This document shows, one piece after another, positions 7,852 to 17,624 of a stretch of DNA of 64,000 bases. Where the stretch lies: positions 262 to 64,261 of the forward strand of contig JAJDYE010000040.1 in the NCBI GenBank assembly GCA_022822905.1, given 5' to 3'. The position numbers were made by a program, and so were the translations under genes. This DNA is from Acidimicrobiia bacterium (lineage in GTDB: Bacteria; Actinomycetota; Acidimicrobiia; Acidimicrobiales; Bin134). Position 1 is the first letter of the stretch. Every line of letters begins with the position of its first letter. The notes below the pieces were generated by a model, which worked only from the letters and a program-made list of their open reading frames with translations, had not been told where the DNA came from and did no database searches.

Positions 7852-10194
7852 GTGGCGATTGGCGAGGCCGGGACAGGCGCTTTGCGCCGGGGCGAGCTGC
7901 TTGCCGACCGCGCCATGGTGGGAGCGGTTCTGTGCCGTGCGCTGGCCCGGCGCGTCGACGAGTGGCTCCAGGGCATCTTCTCAGCCGAGGTGGCCGACCC
8001 CGAGGGCATCGCGCTGGTGGCGGTGGGCGGGTACGGCCGATCTGAGCTGTGCCCCTATAGCGACATCGACCTGCTGCTGTTGCACCGCGATCGCCCTGAC
8101 ATCGGCGAGGTCGCCCCCCGGCTGTGGTATCCCATCTGGGACGAGGGTCTCAAGCTCGGCCATTCGGCGCGAACACCTCGGGAGACCCGGGATTTGGCCA
8201 AGACCGACCTGGACACGGCCACATCGCTGATGGACGCCCGCCATATCGCGGGCGATGCCGACCTGACTGCCGATCTGACTGCCGACAACGCCAGCCAGTG
8301 GCGGCGCGGCGCCCGGCGGTGGCTCCCCTTGCTGGCCCAGGGAGTGGCCGAGCGCCATCGGCGCAGCGGCGAGGTGGCGTTCAAGCTGGAGCCCGACCTC
8401 AAGCAGGGGCGGGGAGGGCTGCGAGACGTGCATGCGCTTCGGTGGGCCGAAGAGGGCGTGTTCGAGATGGACGAAGCCGACAGCCGCGAGCTGCGGGCCG
8501 ACTACGAGGTGATCCTGGCTGCCCGGGTCGAGTTGCACCGCACCACCGATCGCCCCGGCGACCAGCTTCTGCTCCAAGAGCAGGATGGGGTGGCCGCCGC
8601 GCTGGACTATGCCGATGCCGATGAGCTGATGGGCGCCATCGCCAGCTCGGCCCGGTCGATTGCCTGGCGCAGCGACGAGATATGGGCCTGGCTGCGGGAT
8701 TCCGAGCTCCCCCCCGAGTGGCGTCGCCGGCTGCGTCGCCGTACCAGCCGAAACAACACGGAGTTGGATGCCGGTGTGGAGGTGCATGAGGGCCGGGCGG
8801 TGCTGGCCGCCGACGCTGATGCCGCCGATCCCTGCACCGCTCTGCGCTTGGCCCGGGCGGCTGCCGCCCATGGGCTGCGTATGGACCGCAACAGCCTGGA
8901 GTGCCTTCAAGAGCAGATGGCCCCCATGCCTGATCGGTGGCCCGGCGAAGCCCGCAAGGCGTTCGTGGACATGCTGCTGACCGGCGCCGCCGCTCCACCG
9001 GTGATCGAGGCGTTGGACCAGATGGACCTTTTCGTGCGCATCCTGCCCGAGTGGGCGCCCAATCGCAGCCGTCCCCAGCGCAACGCCTACCACCAGTTCA
9101 CCGTGGATCGGCACTTGTGCGAGGCCGCCGCTTTGGCCGCCGATCTGGTCGACCGGGTGGATCGCCCCGACCTGTTGGTGGTGGGGGCCCTGCTCCACGA
9201 CATCGGCAAGGGCTACCCCGGCGACCACACCGAGGTGGGTATGGAGTTGGTGGCCGACATCGCCCACCGGATGGGGTATCCGCCCACCGACGTGGACGTG
9301 CTGGTGGCCATGGTGGAGCACCATCTGCTGCTGCCCGACGTAGCCACCCGGCGCGACCTGGAAGATCCCGACACCATCGCCGACGTTGCCCGCCAGGCCC
9401 GCTCGGTGGAGACCCTGCGCCTTCTGGGAGCGCTCACCGAGGCCGATTCGGTGGCCACCGGCCCTTCGGCGTGGAGCGCTTGGAAGGCCAGCCTGGTACG
9501 CGAGCTGGTGGCCCGCTGCGCTCACGTGATGGAGGGCGGCGACATCGACGAGATCACGTCGAGGTTCCCCACCCCCGAGCAGCGGGGGATGATGGAGGCC
9601 GGCGAGCGATTGGTGCTGGGCGAAGGCGACACCCTGTTGGTGATCGCCCCCGACCAGCACGGCATGTTCTCCCGCGTGGCGGGAGCGCTGGCGCTGAGCG
9701 GTCTGCGGGTGCTTCTGGCTGCGGCCCACTCTGAGTATGGGATGGCGCTGGAGCGGTTCCAGGTGGAGAGCACCTTGGGCCTGGAAATCGACTGGTCCCA
9801 GGTCACCGCCTATGTGGAGCAGGCCCTGGCCGGCCGATTGGCGATCGAGGCCCGATTGGCCGAGCGGATCAGCACCTACGAGGTGGAGCCCGACTTCAGC
9901 CCCCGGCCGGTTATCGCCCCCAAGGTGACCGTGGACAACGATTCCTCCTCCACCGCCACCATCATCGAGCTGGCCGCCCAGGCCCGCATCGGCCTGCTGA
10001 GCCGGGTTACCAGCGCCCTGTCGCAGCTCGGGCTGGACATCCTCAGCGCCAAGGCGCAAGACCTGGGCGGGGATGTGGTCCACGCCTATTACGTGCGCGA
10101 CGGCGAGGGGAGCAAGGTGACCGATCCAGACCACATCAACGAGATCAATCTGGCCCTTCAGCACGCCATCGATACCTGCTCTACCCGGGTATGA
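7852..10194 (+). CDS. glnD: [Protein-PII] uridylyl/adenylyltransferase
   Basis: AVGGYGRSELCPYSDIDLL, DLKQGRGGLRD, HQFTVDRH, LLHDIGKG, C-terminal ACT domains. Confidence 0.95.
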   Translation: MAIGEAGTGALRRGELLADRAMVGAVLCRALARRVDEWLQGIFSAEVADPEGIALVAVGGYGRSELCPYSDIDLLLLHRDRPDIGEVAPRLWYPIWDEGLKLGHSARTPRETRDLAKTDLDTATSLMDARHIAGDADLTADLTADNASQWRRGARRWLPLLAQGVAERHRRSGEVAFKLEPDLKQGRGGLRDVHALRWAEEGVFEMDEADSRELRADYEVILAARVELHRTTDRPGDQLLLQEQDGVAAALDYADADELMGAIASSARSIAWRSDEIWAWLRDSELPPEWRRRLRRRTSRNNTELDAGVEVHEGRAVLAADADAADPCTALRLARAAAAHGLRMDRNSLECLQEQMAPMPDRWPGEARKAFVDMLLTGAAAPPVIEALDQMDLFVRILPEWAPNRSRPQRNAYHQFTVDRHLCEAAALAADLVDRVDRPDLLVVGALLHDIGKGYPGDHTEVGMELVADIAHRMGYPPTDVDVLVAMVEHHLLLPDVATRRDLEDPDTIADVARQARSVETLRLLGALTEADSVATGPSAWSAWKASLVRELVARCAHVMEGGDIDEITSRFPTPEQRGMMEAGERLVLGEGDTLLVIAPDQHGMFSRVAGALALSGLRVLLAAAHSEYGMALERFQVESTLGLEIDWSQVTAYVEQALAGRLAIEARLAERISTYEVEPDFSPRPVIAPKVTVDNDSSSTATIIELAAQARIGLLSRVTSALSQLGLDILSAKAQDLGGDVVHAYYVRDGEGSKVTDPDHINEINLALQHAIDTCSTRV

Positions 10195-10219
10195 GGGCGG
10201 TTGGGACCATCTAGCGGCC

Positions 10220-10915
10220 ATGACTGACGAAGGCCGGGCCGTAGTAGGGGAAGGCGACCTGAGGCGGTGGTCGGAGGCCCTGGCCGGGATCGCCCGCACC
10301 GGTCTGGCCTTCACCGACAACAAGTACGAGCAGGAGCGGTTCGAGGAGGTGCTGCATGTGGCCGCCGACATGGCCGCCGCGCTGAGCACGGGCTGGACGC
10401 CCGACAACTTCGTGGCCGAGTGGATGAAGTCGGTGGGCGACGGTGTTCCCGGCTACGTCACCCCCAAGGTGGCGGTGGGCGCGGTGGTGGGCAACAACGA
10501 CGGTGAGATCCTGCTGGTGCAGCGGGCTGACTCCGGGGTGTGGCTGTACCCCACCGGCTGGGCCGACGTGGGCTACTCCCCCTCAGAGGTGGTGGTGAAG
10601 GAGGTGCTGGAGGAGACCGGCATTGTCTGCGAGGTGGAGCGGCCCATCGCCATCCACGACGGCCTGCGCCGGGGATTCACCACCGTGCCGATGTACTCAA
10701 TGGTGTTCTTGTGCCGGGCGGTGGGCGGCCAACTCGATCCCCACCCCCTGGAGTGCAGCGATGTTGGATTCTTCGGCCCCGACAACCTCCCCGACGGCGT
10801 ACACGGCAGCGACTGGTGGCTGTCCCACTCCTTCGCCGCCATCCGCGGCGAACCCATAGAATTCCTCTTCGACCACCCCCGCACCCCACCCTGGCGCAAC
10901 GGCCGAGCCGATTAG
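10220..10915 (+). CDS. NUDIX hydrolase with Nudix_N domain
   Basis: IARTGLAF...ERF; TPKV; Nudix box GWADVGYSPSEVVVKEVLEETG. Confidence 0.9.
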   Translation: MTDEGRAVVGEGDLRRWSEALAGIARTGLAFTDNKYEQERFEEVLHVAADMAAALSTGWTPDNFVAEWMKSVGDGVPGYVTPKVAVGAVVGNNDGEILLVQRADSGVWLYPTGWADVGYSPSEVVVKEVLEETGIVCEVERPIAIHDGLRRGFTTVPMYSMVFLCRAVGGQLDPHPLECSDVGFFGPDNLPDGVHGSDWWLSHSFAAIRGEPIEFLFDHPRTPPWRNGRAD

Positions 10916-10920
10916 CAGCA

Positions 10921-10970
10921 CGCACCCTCCCAACCAAGTTGTCACCGAGCGGGAGTAGGGTGCGGCTTCT
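10921..10970 (+). terminator. Possible terminator hairpin at the RM island edge
   Basis: CGCACCCT / AGGGTGCG inverted repeat with a long loop, followed by a T-rich run. Confidence 0.3.
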
Positions 10971-11009
10971 TATTGGCGCGAGGAGGCGGCCTGCAAATAC
11001 CCAAGGAGT

Positions 11010-11027
11010 CGTAACACAGGTGTTACG
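11010..11027. promoter_or_regulatory. Palindromic operator candidate
   Basis: CGTAACAC-AG-GTGTTACG, 11 nt before the HTH-MTase ATG. Confidence 0.6.
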
Positions 11028-11038
11028 GTTAGATTCGG

Positions 11039-11890
11039 ATGGAGTCGAAGTTGTTGTTGAAGGAGTTGGACGAAGCTCGTCGGAGGGCGGGGTTGTCCAA
11101 GACTGAACTGGCTCGGTTGGCGGGGACGCAGCCAGCGGCCGTGCGGCGGCTGTTCTCGGGGAACGGGCACAATCCTCAGATTTCTACTGTGGCTGCCCTA
11201 GCTGAGGTTCTTGGGCATGAGGTTCGAGTCGTGCCCAAGTCGAGAGAAGAATTGGCAGCTGCCGCCGAGAGGGCGACGGGAACTGTGTCAGCCGCAGACG
11301 AGCTCCGTGGTGTAGAAGGAGGGCCGTTTTCGACGATCTTGGCCGATCCGCCGTGGCGATTTATGAATCGCACTGGAAAGGTAGCGCCGGAACATCGGCG
11401 GCTTTCCCGATACGACACGATGACCACTGCGGAGATCCGGGCGCTACCGATATCAGAGGTCGTGACTGAGAACGCCCACCTCTATCTGTGGGTGCCCAAT
11501 GCGCTCATCTCCGATGGGCTCCAGGTCTTGGAGTCGTGGGGGTTTACCTACAAGTCGAACATTGTGTGGGCGAAGCGGCGCAAGGACGGTGGGCCAGACG
11601 GTCGAGGTGTGGGCTTTTACTTCCGCAACGTGACAGAGCTGATTCTGTTCGGGGTGCGAGGCAGCATGAGGACGCTGCCCCCTGGCCGTCGCCAAGTGAA
11701 CATGATCGAGACCCGGAAGCGGGAGCATTCCCGCAAGCCTGATGAGCAGTACGACATCATCGAAGACTGCTCTCCCGGGCCATATCTGGAGCTGTTTGCC
11801 CGCTACTCCAGGCCAGACTGGGTGTCCTGGGGTCTTGAAGCCGACGAGGAGGTCACTCCGCGAGGCCAGCTCTATCCTGCCTACAGCTGA
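11039..11890 (+). CDS. XRE-HTH fused MT-A70 family N6-adenine DNA methyltransferase
   Basis: N-terminal HTH (GLSKTELARLAG...NPQISTV); ILADPPW; AHLYLW; REHSRKP; LELFAR. Confidence 0.9.
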   Translation: MESKLLLKELDEARRRAGLSKTELARLAGTQPAAVRRLFSGNGHNPQISTVAALAEVLGHEVRVVPKSREELAAAAERATGTVSAADELRGVEGGPFSTILADPPWRFMNRTGKVAPEHRRLSRYDTMTTAEIRALPISEVVTENAHLYLWVPNALISDGLQVLESWGFTYKSNIVWAKRRKDGGPDGRGVGFYFRNVTELILFGVRGSMRTLPPGRRQVNMIETRKREHSRKPDEQYDIIEDCSPGPYLELFARYSRPDWVSWGLEADEEVTPRGQLYPAYS

Positions 11891-11909
11891 GCCGACAGAT
11901 GATGAAGTG

Positions 11910-12779
11910 CTATTGGCTTGAGACGGGCGGCATCAGCGCAAAAGCCTCATTCCTGAGCTCGTCATAATCAGACTTCGCCTCGCTCCAACTTGAATATTCC
12001 AGTTCTCGCCAATTGGCCTTTAGGTCTTCTGCATCGTCTAGAACGTCTCGGACTTGGTAGGCCAGTTCGATGCCCTCGATCTTCTCGGGGCGGATCCCGA
12101 TGAGAAGCAACGGGCATTCACCGCCGCCGCCCAAGTTAACTCTCGGGACCAGCTTGTCCCAGTGAGTGCTTGACGTTCCGTACTTGAAGCCACCGTCTTT
12201 GCTTTGAATGACCTTGGAAATCAGATCTTGAAGGTCGGCGCTTCGCGTGACGATCACTCCTACGGCGATAGCCCCCTCGTGGTGCAACGCTTGGAAGTTG
12301 ATGAGGTCTCGGTCGAAGAATGGGTCTTTGTTGTTCCACTCCATCTCGACGGCTATTCCAGGTAGCGGCTGCTCCAAGGAGCCGAGGCCGAACATGTCGA
12401 TCTCGTGGCCTCTGACTTTCGAGACGGGAGCCACATTCCCCTCGAACCCGAGGGCCTTCTCGATGGTTATGTTCTGTTTCCCCCAGACGGTCTGCCCATC
12501 TTCTTGTTGGTCCGCCAAAGACTGGTCGAACCGGGCGACAAAGACTGTTCTACCGCCGCCGCCTGATCTCAGCTCATCAAGGGTTGGCTTAAATTGCTCG
12601 AGTGCCCTCGTCAGATCGCGGAATCGGCCGGGGAACGCCTCTTTGAGGATCACGTCAGCGTAACGGGTTGCCTTGTAGTCGTATCCGTAGGGAAGCCCGC
12701 TGACCGTGATGTCCCGGACTTGACCTGCGAGGTCTACGACATCGTCTGCCTCAGGAACAGCTTCATCGTCTTGTTCCAC
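11910..12779 (-). CDS. BglII/BstYI-family type II restriction endonuclease
   Basis: HEIDMF...IAVEMEWNNKDPFFDRDL; VGVIVTR; convergent with the MTase. Confidence 0.8.
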   Translation of the reverse strand: MEQDDEAVPEADDVVDLAGQVRDITVSGLPYGYDYKATRYADVILKEAFPGRFRDLTRALEQFKPTLDELRSGGGGRTVFVARFDQSLADQQEDGQTVWGKQNITIEKALGFEGNVAPVSKVRGHEIDMFGLGSLEQPLPGIAVEMEWNNKDPFFDRDLINFQALHHEGAIAVGVIVTRSADLQDLISKVIQSKDGGFKYGTSSTHWDKLVPRVNLGGGGECPLLLIGIRPEKIEGIELAYQVRDVLDDAEDLKANWRELEYSSWSEAKSDYDELRNEAFALMPPVSSQ

Positions 12780-12793
12780 AGCAGCGATGGTAG

Positions 12794-13684
12794 TCAGCTG
12801 GGCTGGTCGCGGAGGAACTGCTCTATCTGGTCGACGAATTCGCCGGGGTCGGTGGAGCGCATCTCCTCTATTTCGCCGTTCTCTTCGGCTTCCCGGTCGT
12901 AGGCGCTCTCCAGTTCGGCGATGTAGTCGGAGGTCTCGTCGGCTTGGTCGGCCAGCTCGGACACATGGCGTTCGTAGCTTTCGGCCATCTCCTCAAGCTC
13001 CGAGGTGTCGGGGGAGAGGTCGAGCAGGGTTCCCAGCCTTCGCACCAGGGCGAGAGAGGCTTTGGGCGAGGGGATCTCCGAGGCGTAGCCCGGCACCGCA
13101 GCCCACAGTGAGGCGGTGTTCAGCCCGGCGGTGGCACAGGCGTTGTGGAGCACGCCCACGATGCCGGTGGGGCCCTCATAGCTGGAGGGGGTGAGGCCCA
13201 GTTGGGCTGCCATCTCGGGGTCGTCGCTGCTGCCGTAAATGGGGGTGGGCCGGGTGTGGGGGACGTCGGTCAACAGCGCCCCCAGGGTGACCACCAGCGG
13301 GCTGTCGAGCCGCTGGGCCATGTCCACGATCTGCTGGGCGAAGGTCCGCCACTTGAGCTGAGGCTCAGTGCCCACCAGCAGGGCCAACTCGGTGTCGGCG
13401 CCGTCGGGCGTCTCGGCGCCGGTCACGGTGGCTGCCATCAGGTCGTTGCTGGGCCAGATCAACGACCGGGAGCCGTCGTCCTCCAAGTGAAGCCGGGGGC
13501 GAGTGTCAGCGAAGTCGTAGAACGGCTCGGGGTCCAGCGTGGCCACCTCGGTGGTCTCCCAGCGGCTGGCCAGCCAGGCCAGTGCCCCAGAGGCGGCATC
13601 GCCCGCGTCGTTCCAACCGGTGAAGGCAGCTACGAACGCCGGCCGCTTGCGGGGGGACTCATCCACCCAGGTGATAAAGTCCAT
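12794..13684 (-). CDS. PAC2 family (proteasome assembly chaperone-like) protein
   Basis: AFTGWNDAGDAAS, GTEP, VPHTRP, YEGPTGIVG, WAAVP. Confidence 0.9.
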   Translation of the reverse strand: MDFITWVDESPRKRPAFVAAFTGWNDAGDAASGALAWLASRWETTEVATLDPEPFYDFADTRPRLHLEDDGSRSLIWPSNDLMAATVTGAETPDGADTELALLVGTEPQLKWRTFAQQIVDMAQRLDSPLVVTLGALLTDVPHTRPTPIYGSSDDPEMAAQLGLTPSSYEGPTGIVGVLHNACATAGLNTASLWAAVPGYASEIPSPKASLALVRRLGTLLDLSPDTSELEEMAESYERHVSELADQADETSDYIAELESAYDREAEENGEIEEMRSTDPGEFVDQIEQFLRDQPS

Positions 13685-13724
13685 GACCTGAACCTACTGG
13701 CTATTGCAGGTAATCTCAGCACTC

Positions 13725-14156
13725 ATGGCGATTGAGATAGCCGAGGCCTCAGAGGTCACGGATGAGTTGGTGGAGGCCTTTGAGCGGCTGATCCCCCAGC
13801 TCTCATCATCCAACCCCCCGCCGTCAAAGAAGGCGTTGGCTGAGATTATAGCCAGTGGATCAACAAAGCTGCTGATTGCCCGGGACCACGGTGCCATCGT
13901 CGGCGGTCTTACCCTGGTGCTTGTCCGCATACCTACCAAGGTGCGGGCCGTCATCGAGGATGTCGTAGTGGACGAGGAGTTCAGGGGCCAGGGGGTGGGC
14001 TGGGCGCTTAACGAAGCGGCATTGAAGCTGGCCCTCGAAGCCGGTGCAGCGAACGTGGAGTTGACCTCTCGCCCGTCTAGGGAAGCAGCCAACAACCTCT
14101 ACCGGCGGCTTGGCTTCGAAGTGCGTGACACCAACGTCTACCGCTACATATTTTAG
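13725..14156 (+). CDS. GNAT acetyltransferase
   Basis: IEDVVVD..RGQGVG; LTSRPSREAANNLYRRLGF. Confidence 0.9.
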   Translation: MAIEIAEASEVTDELVEAFERLIPQLSSSNPPPSKKALAEIIASGSTKLLIARDHGAIVGGLTLVLVRIPTKVRAVIEDVVVDEEFRGQGVGWALNEAALKLALEAGAANVELTSRPSREAANNLYRRLGFEVRDTNVYRYIF

Positions 14157-14171
14157 TTGTATGCCGATCGG

Positions 14172-15182
14172 CTAGTTGCCGTTGACGCTGACCGGGACTT
14201 CGTTGGGGAAGTGGCAGGCCACGAAGTGGTCGGGGGCGATCTCCCGGAGCTCTGGCTCCTCTTCTGAGCACAGATCCTGCACTTTCTCGCATCGGGTGCG
14301 GAACCGGCAGCCTGAGGGGGGATTTATGGGGGAAGGCAGCTCCCCGGTGATCTGCCGGTCGGATACCGGGTGATCAGGGTCGGGCTCCGGGATGGAGGCC
14401 AACAGCACGTCGGTGTAGGGGTGGGCGGGGTGGGCGTAGAGGGTGTCGGGCCCGGCCACCTCGCACACCTTGCCCAGATACATCACCACCACCCGGTCGG
14501 ACACGTTCTTGACCACGGCCAGATCGTGGGCGATGAACACCAGGGTCAGCCCGTAGCGCTCTTTCATCTCCTCCAACAGATTCAGGATCTGGGCCTGCAC
14601 CGACACGTCCAGCGCCGACACCGGCTCGTCGCAGATGATCACCTTGGGATCGAGCACCAGAGCCCGGGCGATGCAGATGCGCTGACATTGGCCCCCGGAG
14701 AACTGATGGGGACGGCGGTCGGAAACCACCTCGGGGTCGAGCCCCACGGCGTCGAGTACCTCGTTCACTTTCTGGACGGCCGTGTCTCCGGCATCGTTGT
14801 GCCAGATGGACAGTCCCTCGGCCACGATGTCCTTCACCTTGCGCCGGGGGTTCAGCGACGAAATCGGGTCTTGGAAGATCATCTGCATCCGGGTGCGGGT
14901 ACGGCGCAGATCCTCCTTGGACAACTCCGTCATCTCCACGCCGTCGAATCGCACCGATCCCGCCGTGGGCGAGGGCAGCTGCATCATCGCCCGGCCGGTG
15001 GTGGACTTGCCGCAGCCCGACTCGCCCACCAAGCCCAGAGTCTCCCCTTCGAGGATGTCGAAGCTGATGCCCGACACGGCGTGCACCACGGCCCGGCGCC
15101 CGGCGGGGAACTCCATCACCAGGTCCTCGACGGAAACCAGGGCTTCGGTGCCCCTCATATGGACTTTGCCAGTTCCAGCCAT
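14172..15182 (-). CDS. Oligopeptide ABC ATPase (OppF-like)
   Basis: GESGCGKST, FSGGQCQR, DEPVSALD, PSPINPPSGCRFRTRC. Confidence 0.92.
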   Translation of the reverse strand: MAGTGKVHMRGTEALVSVEDLVMEFPAGRRAVVHAVSGISFDILEGETLGLVGESGCGKSTTGRAMMQLPSPTAGSVRFDGVEMTELSKEDLRRTRTRMQMIFQDPISSLNPRRKVKDIVAEGLSIWHNDAGDTAVQKVNEVLDAVGLDPEVVSDRRPHQFSGGQCQRICIARALVLDPKVIICDEPVSALDVSVQAQILNLLEEMKERYGLTLVFIAHDLAVVKNVSDRVVVMYLGKVCEVAGPDTLYAHPAHPYTDVLLASIPEPDPDHPVSDRQITGELPSPINPPSGCRFRTRCEKVQDLCSEEEPELREIAPDHFVACHFPNEVPVSVNGN

Positions 15183-15215
15183 TAGTGAGTCCTCCTCGAG
15201 AGTGCGATCGCCGGG

Positions 15216-16286
15216 CTAGGAGACCGCGGCGGCGGTCAGGTCGAGGCCGGCGGCGGTGATTCCCGTTGCCTGGTTGGCGGCCAGCGCTTCGGCGTTTTCT
15301 GGTGATCCCACCGGGTAGAAGCAGGCTTGGCGGTGTCCGGTCTGGCCGGTGTCGAACAGGTCCGGCTCGTCGGTGATGCACTGCTCCTGGGCGTAGCGGC
15401 ACCGAGGGGCGAACCGGCATCCCACCAGATCGAGAACCATGTCGGGCGGCCGGCCGCTGATGGCGTCGAGCCGGGTGTGGCTCTGGTGCTCCACTCGGGG
15501 GATCGACTTGAACAGCGCCTCGGTGTAGGGGTGGTTCATGTGGTGGAACAGCGTGGTGGTGTCGGCGGTCTCCACCATTTTTCCGGCGTACATCACCCCG
15601 ATGCGACGGGCTCGGCCGGCCACCACGCCCAAATCGTGGGTGATGAGGATCATGGCCATGCCCAACTCCTCTTGGAGCGATGCCAGCAGATCGAGGATCT
15701 GCTTCTGCACGGTCACATCCAGTGCGGTGGTGGGCTCATCGGCGATCAGCAGCTTGGGGTTGCAGGCCAAGGCGATGGCGATGGTCACCCGCTGCCGCAT
15801 CCCGCCCGATAGCTGATGGGGATACTCCTTGAGCCGCTTGCGGGGCTCGGGGATGCCCACCTGCACCATGAGCTCCAGAGCCCTCTCCATGGCCTCCTGC
15901 TTGGACGCACCAAGGTGGTAGCGGATGGACTCGGTGATCTGGATGCCCACCTTCTTGACCGGGTTCAATGAGGTCATCGGATCTTGGAAGATCATTGCCA
16001 TCTGGGTGCCCCAGAAGTGCTTGGCCTCGCTCCGACTCAGGTTGCGGGTGTCCTTGCCGTCGAAGAACACCTCGGAGCCATCGGGGATGATGGCGTTGCT
16101 GGTCAAGATGTTCATGATCGAGCGCACCAGCACCGACTTGCCCGAACCCGACTCACCCACAATGCCGATGGTCTCGCCCTTGTCCAACGTGAAGCTCACC
16201 CCGTCGACTGCCTTCAAGATCCCTCTCGGCGTATCGAAATAGGTGCGGAGGTTCTCTACCTCCAAGAGCGGACGCTCAGCTGCCAC
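15216..16286 (-). CDS. Oligopeptide ABC ATPase (OppD-like)
   Basis: [36 protein letters not shown]. Confidence 0.92.
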   Translation of the reverse strand: MAAERPLLEVENLRTYFDTPRGILKAVDGVSFTLDKGETIGIVGESGSGKSVLVRSIMNILTSNAIIPDGSEVFFDGKDTRNLSRSEAKHFWGTQMAMIFQDPMTSLNPVKKVGIQITESIRYHLGASKQEAMERALELMVQVGIPEPRKRLKEYPHQLSGGMRQRVTIAIALACNPKLLIADEPTTALDVTVQKQILDLLASLQEELGMAMILITHDLGVVAGRARRIGVMYAGKMVETADTTTLFHHMNHPYTEALFKSIPRVEHQSHTRLDAISGRPPDMVLDLVGCRFAPRCRYAQEQCITDEPDLFDTGQTGHRQACFYPVGSPENAEALAANQATGITAAGLDLTAAAVS

Positions 16287-16344
16287 GGCTTTCCCCCCGT
16301 CGTTTACGGACTGCCCTCAAACTGGCTGACATGGTAGGCGAATC

Positions 16345-17175
16345 TCAATCCGTCTGGGAAGCCTGGGACCGCTCCCGGCTCGGCGGAGGTCGATTGCCCC
16401 TTCGGCCGCCTAATTCCCCCATGCCGCCGAAGAGGCCGGTTATCCCGTACTTGCGCCGAATCTGGGCCCGCACCGACATCGGCCGGCCGAACTCGTCGAG
16501 CACTTCCTCGGCCACCCCGTCGGGATCTTCCTTGTCGCGGTTGTAGGCGATGACTGTGGTTCCTGCCGCCCAGTCCGACACTGTGCGCCGCCGCCGGTCG
16601 AAGGGGACCGTCAGGTAGGTGGCCGCGTTCACGATGATTCCGCCGAGCACCACGGGGGGCGCAATCCACGACACCCCGCCCACCAGCCATCGGGCGCCGC
16701 ACCGGCCCAATCCAAGGTGGCTGCCGTCTTTGGTGCGCACGGCCCGCAGCTTCATCAGATCCATGGCCGGGGTCTGGCCCTCGTTCCAGCGCAGGAACAC
16801 CATCGTGTACACGAAGTGGAAGAAGATGTAGCCCAATATGGCTGCGGTGGCCCGGCCCCAGGGCTCGGGCTGCCACCGGTTGGACACGTCGTCCATGAAC
16901 CACAGGATTTGGATCACGGTGAGCATCCACTGGATGAAGAACACGGTGATGGCGTCGATCAGCCGGGCCAGCGCCCGCCTCCAGACCGCGGCCACCGGAT
17001 ACGGCTTGCCGTCGGGCCCGGCCACGATGGTCGCGCTCTCGGGGAATTCGTCGTCGCCCAGCGGGGTCTTCCGCGGTTTCGAGCGCCTCGATGAGCCGGA
17101 AGCGTGCTGTCGCCGTGCTTTGGTTTCAGCACGCGCCACAGCAGCGTGTTCGAATGAACCTCCCCTGCCCATCAT
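16345..17175 (-). CDS. RDD family membrane protein
   Basis: WRRALARLID, GQT, D..AGT.V motifs; start uncertain. Confidence 0.75.
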   Translation of the reverse strand: MMGRGGSFEHAAVARAETKARRQHASGSSRRSKPRKTPLGDDEFPESATIVAGPDGKPYPVAAVWRRALARLIDAITVFFIQWMLTVIQILWFMDDVSNRWQPEPWGRATAAILGYIFFHFVYTMVFLRWNEGQTPAMDLMKLRAVRTKDGSHLGLGRCGARWLVGGVSWIAPPVVLGGIIVNAATYLTVPFDRRRRTVSDWAAGTTVIAYNRDKEDPDGVAEEVLDEFGRPMSVRAQIRRKYGITGLFGGMGELGGRRGNRPPPSRERSQASQTD

Positions 17176-17185
17176 GGAAGTGGCC

Positions 17186-17536
17186 TCACAGAAGTTCCTC
17201 TACGAGCTCGGAGGGGCGGGCAATCACGGCCTTGTCGCCGCGGACCACCACCGGGCGCTGCATCAGCTTGGGGTGCTCCAGCAGCAGATCGACCACCTCA
17301 CCGGCGCTCTGGTAGTCGCCGATGTTCAGCCCAAGCTCCTTGAAGTTGTTGTCCTGCCGAACCAGATCAGCGGGCTCGTTGGGCAGCAGCTCCAAGAACC
17401 GCTCCAAGTCGTCCCGCCCCAGCGGGTTCTTGAGGTATTGGACGACGTCGAACTCGACGCCCCGCGACTCGAGGATCTCGAGCGCGCCCCGGGAACTGCC
17501 TCAACCGGGGTTGTGGTACACGACGATCTCAGCCAT
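17186..17536 (-). CDS. arsC: Arsenate reductase family protein with in-frame UGA at codon 12 (probable selenocysteine)
   Basis: MAEIVVYHNPG*GSSRGAL...HPKLMQRPVV...IARP; the TGA (17501-17503) aligns to Cys12 of glutaredoxin-type ArsC (HNPACGTSR). Confidence 0.85.
17463..17486 (-). promoter_or_regulatory. SECIS-like stem-loop
   Basis: CGCG-CTCGA[GATCC]TCGAG-T-CGCG; the loop starts with G 23 nt after the UGA. Confidence 0.55.
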
Positions 17537-17624
17537 CCCACGACGTTACCCCAGCGCGGCAAATTGTTCCGTTCTGAGCGACCGCGGATCGGCGGTGGGA
17601 GACGCCACCCTCTAGCATGGCGTT

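Noticed and set aside
7981-10407. 808-aa antisense ORF and similar long shadow ORFs opposite amtB, the amidohydrolases and mmsA
   Set aside because: High-GC antisense artefacts of well-supported genes; no recognizable motifs.
14172-16286. opp ATPases without permeases; liv cluster without a binding protein
   Set aside because: Partner genes are often encoded elsewhere; not informative from one window.
17186-17407. 73-aa ORF as a truncated arsC pseudogene
   Set aside because: The single UGA sits exactly at the catalytic Cys with both halves intact, so recoding is the better explanation.
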